From: Girardia tigrina
Taxonomy: Eukaryota
NCBI GenBank assembly: GCA_001938485.1
Contig: MQRK01198362.1
Location: forward strand, 1 to 64,000
DNA: 64,000 nucleotides
Direction of reading: 5' to 3'
The translations under genes and the position numbers were made by a program. Positions 53,369-64,000 of the stretch are shown one piece after another (position 1 is the first letter of the stretch; each line of letters begins with the position of its first letter). Under the pieces are notes generated by a model that saw nothing but the letters and a program-made list of their open reading frames with translations, ran no database searches and had not been told where the DNA came from.

Positions 53369-55139
53369 TACATAATGATAAATTTAAAATATATTATACA
53401 AACAATGTAAACCAATTGTAAAAATTTATTTGTAAAAACAAATTTAATTTTATTAAATATTTAAATTCTTTTCTTTTCATCTATTGCGAGTATTTAAAAG
53501 GAAATATATCCACACCATCTTTCTTTTCAGTTACCCCGGACAAATAACCACGGGAAATCATTTCAGGAAGTCAATATGATTCAATAAATGCGCAATTTAA
53601 GGGTTGAAAAATATAAATATTCAAATAGATAACCACTATTGTTACTTTTGAATTATTTTATTAAATAATAAAATTCAAAATATTCTATTTCGATATATTG
53701 TTCGTAAACAATCAAATTAGGAAATTAACTCTCAGATAAAAGGGGATAATAATATGCCAAATAAAATAAATATTTTTAATCTTTAAAATTGTTTTTTTCT
53801 AATTTTTAGAATTTATTTCTAATTGATGAAAATTTTTTATCTTTTCCATTTGTTTCAAAAATATTACAAGCAATAAATAAAATGTTTTAGATAAAAATGA
53901 ATTATTAATATTATTAAATAACATTAAATAAATATATGAATGTGATATTTTTATGGTACAATTATGATCCAAGCTTGATGAAACAGTAGTTTTATGTTAA
54001 TGTAACTGTAAATGTTTATATAACAGTCATTTTAGTTCATTTTTAGTGGATTTTGAATGATATTTGGTTTTTTAATTTCTATATAATACTCAGGCCATCT
54101 GGGATAAATTTGTGTCTTTACTTTTAAATGATGAGAAATTTTAGAATGATGGATTCAATATGAATTGCCCATTAGCACTGATTTATTTAGCACTATTTTT
54201 ATTAAATTTGTTGAAAACCATATGTATAAATACCCTTTTGAAAGATTTATATTCGATGTATTAAAATACTGACATATTATTATCAAAACAATTATTTTTT
54301 AAATGGTCTTTATAATGAAATGAGATTTTATGAAGAATTGAAAGTTAATAATGACTTTTTTTCTTGACATTCCTGACAACAGGACAAATGCGTGATATAA
54401 AACTGAATTATGTAGAAAAGTCAATGATACTGATCTCTAAATAACACCGGAGACTTTCTATGAAGAAAAATACTAAAAGGGTGAAATGCAAGACTTAGTT
54501 CACAGTCTGGAATTTGGCAGCTGATTTTGAAATCGCACATCATGATTCTTAAAAACACTTGAGAAACAATACGTACAAAAATAAACAAATGAAGTACAAC
54601 ATTAAGGCATGGGCGCCCACAGGGGAAGGCAATGAAGGGCACTTACCCCTTTGGACAAATAATGTTTTAAAAAAATTGAAAAAAAATATTTCACTAAGAA
54701 ATTGGAAAATTATGATCGGAAGCTAGAACGATATTGGCTACTAAAATCTAAAAAATCTAAAGTGAATACACGAATTAGAAAGAATTAAATAGACACTTGA
54801 GATGAATGTATTTGGTCACCACACAACCCATAAGAAGAGGCGGCTCATTTATATGTCTAATAAATGACTTTGATTTAAAAACAAAACGAATGGATAACTC
54901 AAAAGCGTTGGGCGGAAAGGCAGATCGACCAGAAAAATAACTGGAGATATTGATTAAATACTACGAATAAGGAGCTCTTAGTTGTGGCTGAATAGGATGA
55001 AAGATCTGAAGAAATATTGGATGAAGTTGAAGCTTTCCTTCTGACATACATGAAAGCGAAGGTTGTATTTAATGTACTTTCTCCCATTGTATGAAAAGTG
55101 TCGGTTAGTTAAAAGAATTGTAAAACCATGACTATAGAG

Positions 55140-55575
55140 GTCACAACTGTCTTTTATATGTGGTAGGCCAAAATGAATCAGACCTCTTAGAGTTCACAGA
55201 TCTGCGTCAGTTGATCGGGTGGAAATACCATAGGATACTCTGTATCTGATTAAAAGATTTTACATGATACAGAGCATATACGAGTCAATGCTGCTTCTCA
55301 GTGAGCCGCATATTCAGGAAGTCCATATATTGGAGAGACAAATCTTCATCTTAAAACTCTGATTAGTAATCATTCCAAATCGAGTCAAACTAGTAAGGTT
55401 CTTGACCACTAGTTGTGTTGTAAGATTAGAATATCATCCACTTCAAAGGATGAGTTTTCTGTTCGACAAAAGAGGTTTGATTTGCATTATGAGATCATGT
55501 TCTGTGAATCTATATTTATAAAACACTAAAACCTATTAATTAACATTCAAAATGAACTACCTCAATACTTTTTTA
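55140..55575 (+). mobile_element. Decayed Penelope GIY-YIG remnant
   Basis: PYIGETNLHLKTLISNH and ...KPIINIQ remnants. Confidence 0.55.
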
Positions 55576-55643
55576 AATTTGTCATCTTAAATTTTAATAA
55601 ATATTTATTTTCATAAAACAATGTCATCAATTTTGTTTTCTAG

Positions 55644-55810
55644 TTCAATCTTCAAATAAACCATTGAAACAGTTAACTGTTGATGATGTCTTTAACATGC
55701 TAAGTCAAGGGTTTATGAGAAGTTCCAGTAGTTTGTTCAAACCAACCATAAATGATGCATCAAAAAATGGAAACTCTTTAAACAGTGAAATTAGAGTTGG
55801 TACTACTCAT
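55644..55810 (+). CDS. HEATR5B: HEATR5B exon 5
   Basis: (I)QSSNKPLKQLTVDDVFNMLSQGFMRSSS...NSEIRVGTTH; gtaag donor; not in the ORF track. Confidence 0.9.
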
Positions 55811-56599
55811 GTAAGGAGTTATATATTATGATATTTATATGCATGTTCTCAGTTTTATATAATGTATTTTAGTATCTATTTTTATATTAAAATATCATCT
55901 TTAGCATTTTTTTTATAATACTTGCAATCAAGAAATTAAATGTTTTAGTAAGAATTTTTATCAAACTACAATTAGTAATTATCCATGTAACTATTTTGAT
56001 GTTTTATCCCGTATAAATATGATATAATTATTATAAATCATTAAGTAAACTATTCTAGTATGTATAAAGATATTTCACAATCCACGAATAATTTTTATTT
56101 ATAATTAATAAAATTAGAGGTATTTAGTTTATGCATAACATTTAATGATGAATATTCAAGTAATATCTTATAAATTCTTCGTAAATATTTATCAAACATT
56201 ATTTTACATAGATTTTGTGTATTTTTGAGTTATTTTATTATTTTATTATTACATTACCTTCCATACATTTTGTTTTTAAATGCATCAGATATTGATATTT
56301 TATATGGTAGCGATTCCTGAATTATTTATTTTACTCAGAAGACTACCTAACTTATCTTGGGATCAGAGGTTTTGAGTATTTGCGTTTGTTTCTAAACTAT
56401 ATTTTATTTTTATTGAAATCGATATAAGTTTTTATACACTTTTTTTCATACTTATTTTTACTACTATTATAAATGAATAAATTTAAAAAAAATTAAAAAA
56501 TTAAATATCTGTTATTTTCACATTAACTTATGCAATTAATTTTTTAATTTTTTTCATAAGAATAATACTCTTTTTTAATTACTGTAAAAATGTATTAAA

Positions 56600-57541
56600 A
56601 TCATATTCACAAAAAAATTATAGGCCGTATTATTATGCTGCAACACTTCCAGAAAAATTGGAGTGTAAAAAGTTCAAATCGAGCAGCGAAAATCTCGTAA
56701 GTGAAGAAGGAAGAGGTCGACCATCCAATTTCGACGATCAAACACTTGTTATAGCTGTAAGAAAGAACGAAAGCTTATCAATGAGTATATTGGACAAACA
56801 CTTCAATGGGACGAATAAACTATCGTTTATCGTCGGAAAAAGCTCGGTTAAGTCTGATAACAAAAAAACCAAATGTATGCGAAGTTTTCTGATCACAATC
56901 TCGACACTCATGAATCCTAATTTCTCTTCAAAAATCGTCAAAAGAAAGAAGTGTTGTATTTTGTAAAGTTTTTCACAAAAATAAATACCGGAAGGAAATT
57001 TAGTCTGTTTAGTGGACAAAAGGGGAATCATGAACGGTGAAACTGTCTAAAAAGGGATTTGTTACTGCAGATATGACGACGAAAAGCCTCAAAAATTTAC
57101 TGATTACACCCAAAAATGGCAAGTAGCAATCAAATATCAAAAGTGCCGCCTGTCTGACTTAACTTGATCACAATCATATTGCAATCAACTTTAAGATCGC
57201 TCAAAAAACATTTCGTCTTCTATTATATCAAGATAATGTAATGATGCTTACGTTGAGTGTCATGTCGTAAAATTTCTTGCCAATAATAACTCCGAGCTGA
57301 TTCTTTCACTGTCATTTCCAACAAAAGCGCCTAAGACGACTTAGTATGACGTTAGGAGGACTTGGTGACCGTCATCCAAGATTTGATTGTCTTTAAGAAC
57401 AACAAATACTTTGTCTGTAGAATCGACCAATTGGTGCAAGTAATGCATATTCTGGAACTATCATTTGAATATGTTTTTTTAAAATTTTTTAATTATTTTT
57501 TAAAATAAAAAAAGGTGTAATAATTTTGCGCCAACCTAATA
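56600..57541 (+). mobile_element. Decayed mariner
   Basis: EEGRGRPSNFDD remnant; 3' TIR-like ttttgcgccaacctaata. Confidence 0.65.
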
Positions 57542-57756
57542 GAAAATGACGTTTAAATAATCAAAAAGTTTCTTAATAATTAAGACTGTTGCTAATGAAA
57601 TTAACGTTTATCATTCTTTTATTCTGTAAAATAATAAGCGATACTTTCGTAATTCATATAGTGTGAATTTTCACCGTCACAATATATTTGAAAAGTTAAT
57701 ATAAGCAGAAATAAAAAAATATTTTTTTATGGTGTATTGAACTTATTATTTTTTAG

Positions 57757-58159
57757 GCAATCGTAGAATTTGGTAAATGTATGGGAACGGCTTGGCTGGA
57801 AAGAAATTTATCAGTTTTTATAAATAAAGTGCTGGGTTTAGTTGCCAATAGTAAAACTACGCCTTCACACGTTGAAGCAGTCTATGCAAGAAAATGTGTC
57901 AATTTTATTTTAAGATCAGTTATAAGCTTTCTATTATCTGATGGTGGCCAAATGCTTGCCGGGAAAGAATTATGCGATATCATCCGACATACGATGTCCA
58001 CAACTAAATTGAACCAAAAATCGAGTTATGCAGCCGACGCATTAAGCGAAGATGGGAACAAAATTTATATTAATCCCACTGGGGATAATAGCCATCACGT
58101 TTTAGTTTGTGCTTTACAGGAACTAAGTTGTCTTGTTCAAGGTCTCAACACTGCTGCTG
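57757..58159 (+). CDS. HEATR5B: HEATR5B exon 6
   Basis: AIVEFGKCMGTAWLERNL...HVEAVYARKCVNFILRS...HVLVCALQELSCLVQGLNTAA. Confidence 0.94.
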
Positions 58160-59527
58160 GTAATTTTTATATTTATTTAGAACTTGTTCTATTTTATTTA
58201 ATTATGTCAAATTTCTATTTTTTATGATAAATGTTTTCTAGCACAAAATATTTTTAATATTTTTATATATTAAATTTTCGTTGTTAATTTTAACATTTAT
58301 TTTATTATTATTAGTTTTTCATTTGTCTTTTACTGTTATATTTCTTGAAATTTAGCTGTCCTCTATCATTATTTGATTAATGGTCTTGGCATTATTAATA
58401 ATGTAGGTAATAATAGTCATTACAACATTTTAAAAGAAAATAAATATTTTTCCAAGAATCAATTTTGATAATTTTACAAAAATAATTTCAAAAAAATGCT
58501 TATATACAAATAAGTGTTTCGTATTTTTTACCCTCATTTTTACCATCAAAAGTTTCCTCTTCGAAACTATAGGTTTATGTCACTGAAAATACCTTTCATC
58601 TATAGTTTCAAATTTGACATCATACAGTCAAACCTCTTTATTTACCACCCTCCGAAATTTACCATATTTTTGCATATCAAGCTTTTCCAGCAAAATACCT
58701 CTATAATTTACCATTATTTAATAAAATCTTTTCTGATATAGTAACTTTTTATATTAAATTTGATTACTAAAATTTAATTTGTTTTTTTTATCAAATTGTT
58801 TAGATATTATTTCTAAAGGTTTCCACAAAAAAGAAGTTCAATTTATCTTAATTTATCAACAATTTATATTAATTTTAGAATACAAAAAATATTGAAACGT
58901 TTTTATTTGGCGAACAAATGTCCCAAAAATTTCAAAAAATAACTGATTATTTTAAGTAAAACTTATTTGGATTTTTCCTTTTTTTGTACTCTTATAATAT
59001 ATTATTAAGTTAAAAATAAAGATGATATTAATTTTTGATAATTGTCATTTCACAAACTGGCATATACACCAAAATATATTGAAATTATACTTTTACCAAA
59101 CAATTCTATCTATATTGCATAACCAATTATACCTCTATCATTTACCACCCTCCCAAACTTACCATTTTTTTCTAATCCCGGAAATTGGCAAATTACAGAG
59201 AGTTGACTGTATGTAGAATTAAGAATTATCTTTCAGAATTTACACGTTAGAAATTTTCATATCCGTTTGTCATCAATTATTATCAAATGGACAAAATCTC
59301 TTTTCGAACATTCGAAACTACAGTCATTATCTATTATCCCTCGACTTTGTATTAACTCAATTTACTTGAGTCATTTAATATTTGTACTTCGGCTGAATCA
59401 TATTTAATGAAACAAAATTAGAAGAATCATTGATTTAAAATAATAGAAAAGGAAATTGTTTTAATTGGATTTTCATTTTCTTATCATTTTTACAGATTTT
59501 CAATTTAATTAATTAAATTTTTTTCAG

Positions 59528-59802
59528 CAATACTACTTGACTCCCCATCCAATATCGTTGATTGTATAATGCCCGTGTTACTCCACCCGAGTAATAGTGC
59601 GCAGTTGTCGGCAGCATTCTGTCTTCGTTGTTTGGTAGAAGCCATTCCTTCCCAGATGATACCGATTCTCGACAAATGCTTTAATAAACTCGACGCCTAC
59701 AAATCTAGCCCTGAAGCTCTCGTTGGATATAGCTATGCAATTGCAGCAGTATTTGCCAGTGTTGGTCGTATAAATCAACCTATATACGATAAAGGCCAAC
59801 AA
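59528..59802 (+). CDS. HEATR5B: HEATR5B exon 7
   Basis: VLLHPSNSAQLSAAFCLRC...KSSPEALVGYSYAIAA...KGQQ; gtgagt donor. Confidence 0.94.
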
Positions 59803-61261
59803 GTGAGTGAAAACAAATATAGTATGTTCAATGCCAATTTGTAACCCGAATATTACGTTTTGAAATATTAAAGCCAGATTTATATTATAAATCATGTTGT
59901 CTGTAATTAATAATTCCGAGATTATTTTCCTTTTCTCCTGATGTGTGGAATCTGTGGGAACTGTTGTTGATAAACATTGCCATTAACAGATGATCTGCTA
60001 CCATTTTGATCAAATATTTTTTCTGATGATTCCTGTTTTGTTTTGCATTATATTCATTTCTTTACTTTTTTATTTGAGATTTAACGAGAGAGAAGGACAT
60101 AAGAATATTTGTTATACATATTTGACTTCATATTTTGGTTTAATAATTGCAATTATACTCTCGGAAATGAGAGATACTCTTATACCACAGATACATTTTT
60201 CTAAGTACAACATCTGTTTAGGGTTGTTACTAACTTTCTGTCACATTTTTCCAGCTATTTCTATCTCCTATGTAATATAAGTCTGAATTGTCTTCATCTC
60301 TTAAGCAAAAGATTAATAGTTTATAAAACTAATAATATAAAATAGACATTTTACAGTTTTCTTTCAAACTATGTTTTGAAAACTTTTTTTGCTTTGATAA
60401 TACCTTGTATTAAGAACACCAACATGGCTTTTCAAACTTTTATTTTCATTACAATCAGAATTGTCTTTTGGACAACTCTCAGCAAAACTCTCGTCATTCG
60501 ACATCGTTCTAAATTGATAATTTTTTATTAATGTTTGTTAATAAACAATTATTCGAACAAATTTTTCATTATTTTCTGATTTTATTTTTAAAGTTCAAAT
60601 TTTGTAGTTTTATTATTAATTTTTATTTACATATTAATTTTATTTAAAAATTATTTTATGTAAAGAAAGAACATTTAATCAATTCAAAACTTAGTTAAAC
60701 TATTTATTTTATTTAAATTTTAATATGAAGATTTTATATTTTTAATGTTTTTAAATATCTTATGTTATACTTTAAAATATAAATTATACTCGAATAATTA
60801 TCTATCTTGAACATCCAAAATATCAATTTTCCATCGGGCAGCTGTGTTCTTTTAAACGAGGTAACACCAGTCTCAGTGTTTTCTTTATTTTATTTATTTA
60901 TTTATTTTATCTCTATTATCCGCCTTCGTATGTGATATTTTTCTTTTGCTCGTACTGCTTTTTGTTATTTTTATTATTCTTTGAATTTTCCATCTGGGTG
61001 GGAGAAACACATTTCCAAATACTAAACTCAACATACAAAATTCAACAAACCAATTTCAACATACCAAATTTAAAATATTCCTCACACCTTGTAAATCTTA
61101 TATTTTATATTTTGAGACATCAAATCCAAAATCAGCACATTTAATTCTCTCATAATTTTAAACTCGCATTTATCAATCTAAAACACCTTGGTACGAATGC
61201 TCCAAAGATGTAATGTTGGTTGAATATACTTGGGATATCTTTATCAATCCTAAAAATTCAC

Positions 61262-62690
61262 TGTGAGCCTCCCATCTCTTTCAATGGTATTGAGCCTAAG
61301 GCTCTTTAGAGGGTCCACCCAAACTAAAGTCCTTAATGGCCCCCCGATAGGCCTCCTAGGGGGTCAGTGGCCTTCCACCTCTGAGCAGTCGGTTTGCCAG
61401 TTATAAACGACCAGCCATGGAACTTGGTACCATGGCCATATATACCTCTGGCTGTTACGGTGGACGCGTAACAGCCGCGAAATGGTCACTTGAACTCTCC
61501 TCTTGCTGTCGAGTAGTCGGCTGGCAGTCCGTATTGTAGGTGCGGATCTTCTTCGGTATCGTCATTTGTCTGTATCCTCGGCATACTCACAGTTGCGTCC
61601 GGTAACTGAGAGTTGGATTGATTTGATTACGGCTCTTCCTCGTTCTCTCTTTCCAAGTTCTCTTCTCTCTGGACGTTGGATGTTGGTGGTTCTTGGTGAT
61701 TCTTCTGAATGTGAATCCTTAGGAATCCAGCAGTTTGGTATTCCTTCGGGCAATGTTGGCATTGGTAGTTTCCTTTCTTCTGACGTGGCTGGGCTTTCTT
61801 CTCTCTTTGTTTTCGCGGGATTGGGCCTGCTCCATCGTGATCTCTTCTGAGATGCCTGTTCAATTCCTTCACTTCTGCATACTGTCTATGACAGGCATCC
61901 ATCGGGCAGCTGTGTTCTTTTAAACGAGGTAACACCAGTCTCAGTGTTTTCTTTATTTTATTTATTTATTTATTTATTTATTTTATCTCTATTATCCGCC
62001 TTCGTATGTGATATTTTTCTTTTGCTCGTACTGCTTTTTGTTATTTTTATTATTCTTTGAATTCTTCTCAGTCGGAATATCTTCTCGATCTTTCCATCCA
62101 TCTTCAGTAGATTCTCCTGCAAAATGTCTCTCTTAAATTCCCCGAAGCTGTACTCGGCTCCAAAGAGCCAGTGAGTGTCCACTCTGAGACATTCTACCAG
62201 ATGTTGCTTTCTCCGACCGCTAATCTTCTTCCCTCCGATGAGTTCGCATCCACTGATCTGTTTGACGTTCTCCGGGCAGTCTCCTAAATCGATTTTCACA
62301 TTGTGGATGATTTTTCTCCGCGCAATGATATCCATTGGGCTTTGTAGTCCAATAGATATCTCATCCATCCTGATTCTTTCAGCTTTTGATATCCCCAGAG
62401 TTCGCCGAGTGCACAGATTGTGAAATGCTTTCAGCTTTTTCACGTGTGCTTCGTTTGTTCGTCAGTTTTCACAGCTGTAGTAAACCACCGGGAATACACA
62501 GCTGTTAATTACGTTCTTATTGTTCCGGAGAGACAGCTTGTTGTTCTTCAACACTGGTCTGATCGTTCGTAGTTTCGCTGTTCCTTTCTGAATCCTGGCC
62601 TTGATGTCCGTACCTGATTTCCCCCTGCACTCAATTATCGATCCCAGGTAGCAGAATTCGTCCACCCATTCAATTCCTGCATTCAACTCA
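61262..62690 (-). mobile_element. 5'-truncated RTE-clade LINE with C-terminal C2H2 zinc fingers
   Basis: FCYLGSII...DIKARIQKG; AFHNLCTRRTLGISKAERI; CPMDACHRQY...LNRHLRRDH and CQHCPKEY...LRIHIQKNH. Same family as 6658-8376. Confidence 0.92.
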
Positions 62691-62856
62691 TTGTAAATTT
62701 TGTTTGACATTTTAATTCAAGTCTTGATGTTTTGAAAATCTTTTTTAAAAAGTTCAGTTAGAAAAATTTCAAAATCAATATTTCCTTAATTTTTCAATGG
62801 AAACATTATAAAATATTAATTAATTAAGCGTTGCGTCAATTATATTATATAATTAG

Positions 62857-63084
62857 ATTATGGTGAAAGCAGAAGAGATATTACGTACAAATCAACAAAA
62901 TTCGCGTCTGGCTCTCGCTGGAACACAAGCGGCCTGGTTTCTTATTGGAGCCTGTTCCAATTTGGGGAGTGGTTTCATTAAGACTCAGTTGAAGAAGTTA
63001 TTACTTTTGTGGCGTAACGCATTTCCGAAAACCAACCAAGAAATGGACACTGAGAGACAAAGGGGCGATGCATTTACATGGCAG
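62857..63084 (+). CDS. HEATR5B: HEATR5B exon 8
   Basis: IMVKAEEILRTNQQNSRLALAGTQAAWFLIGA...LLLLWRNAFP...RGDAFTWQ. Confidence 0.95.
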
Positions 63085-63653
63085 GTAGGCTGTAATGTTT
63101 ACTTAAGTAAATTTATATGAATATTCATTTTTTTAAGTTTTCTATTCGTAGCTAAAAGCATTGTGTCATAAAATCTAGAGTTTTGAAAAAAATAATAAAT
63201 TTAATACAATCTGAAACTGCTTAATTAAATTCAAGAGGAATAAGATTGCTCCATTAAGAACTAGCACTCTGGAATTTCACTTCTTTAAATTTTTTAATTT
63301 GTAATATTGGTCATATAGAGTTAGCCAGAATTAAAATCTAATTAAAAATTATTTAATGAGGTCGGAAGTTGTTGTTCATAAGAATAAGGACTTTTCTGTT
63401 GATCGATGTTATGCGATGAGATTTCAATTTCTGATTTATTTGTTAAATTTTTATCCGTTCATATTTACTGTTTTGGTTTCACCAGGCTTTAGAAAGTTGA
63501 AGTGCATCAATCCTTTTGTTGACGTATAAAATCCCTTTTTCATCATTAAAATATATGGTTAAAAAGGATAATCATAAAATACCATAATTTTTTACACAAC
63601 TTAATAAAATTATAATTAATAATAAGATAATGATGTAATTTTGTAATTTATAG

Positions 63654-63900
63654 ATAACGCTAGAATCAAGGAGTGGGACATTGTGTTCCATTCAAAACTT
63701 TGTGGAAAAGTGTGGTCATGAATTGCTGACCGAGGATATATTGTCCAGGATTCTACCGATTATCGACAGTGCTCTTCTAATCATGTCCCATATTCCTGGA
63801 ATATGTCGATCTTTTGGATCCCATTTGAAAGCTCCATCCGCAATGTTTAGATTGAGACTTTATAACCTCTTATTGGTTTTACCAACGCAAGCTTATTCCA
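63654..63900 (+). CDS. HEATR5B: HEATR5B exon 9 (gene continues beyond window)
   Basis: ITLESRSGTLCSIQNFV...HLKAPSAMFRLRLYNLL; gt donor at 63901. Confidence 0.93.
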
Positions 63901-64000
63901 GTAATATTTATTTATATTTTTTATGTAACATTTTATCTAAATTACTGTTAATTTAATCAAACGTATACATAAAAACGATTTTAAAAGAATTTCGATAACA

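Noticed and set aside
59990-60280. Hydrophobic 96-aa ORF (also similar ORFs at 1852, 23258, 23870)
   Set aside because: Low-complexity F/I/L/Y-rich translations of AT-rich intron; no motifs or splice support.

Overview
A very AT-rich eukaryotic draft-genome window with several N gaps. The composition, GT-AG introns and transposon content suggest a planarian/flatworm such as Schmidtea, which is an inference. Two intron-rich host genes lie head-to-tail on the + strand. The first is the 3' part of glycogen synthase (8 coding exons, 9644-34339; the 5' exons are not seen in the window). The second is the 5' part of HEATR5B (9 coding exons, 35967-63900, continuing beyond the window). The introns are packed with nested, mostly decayed mobile elements: Tc1/mariner, hAT, piggyBac-type MITEs, Gypsy, RTE LINEs, and Penelope-like elements (PLEs) carrying minimal hammerhead ribozymes. 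Two things stand out. (1) Several short pieces of unrelated sequence are pasted into introns: an intact, splice-site-flanked, GC-rich exon of SNRNP200/Brr2; a decayed first exon of a novel-class PKC; an RLE-LINE fragment inside a gag zinc knuckle; a microhomology-bounded copy of a nearby LINE segment; and an inverted copy of HEATR5B intron 6 inside intron 2. Together these suggest recurrent templated fragment capture. (2) Four complete covarying minimal hammerhead ribozymes are present, two of them in a fold-back pair. All protein identifications come from remembered family motifs, not database searches.
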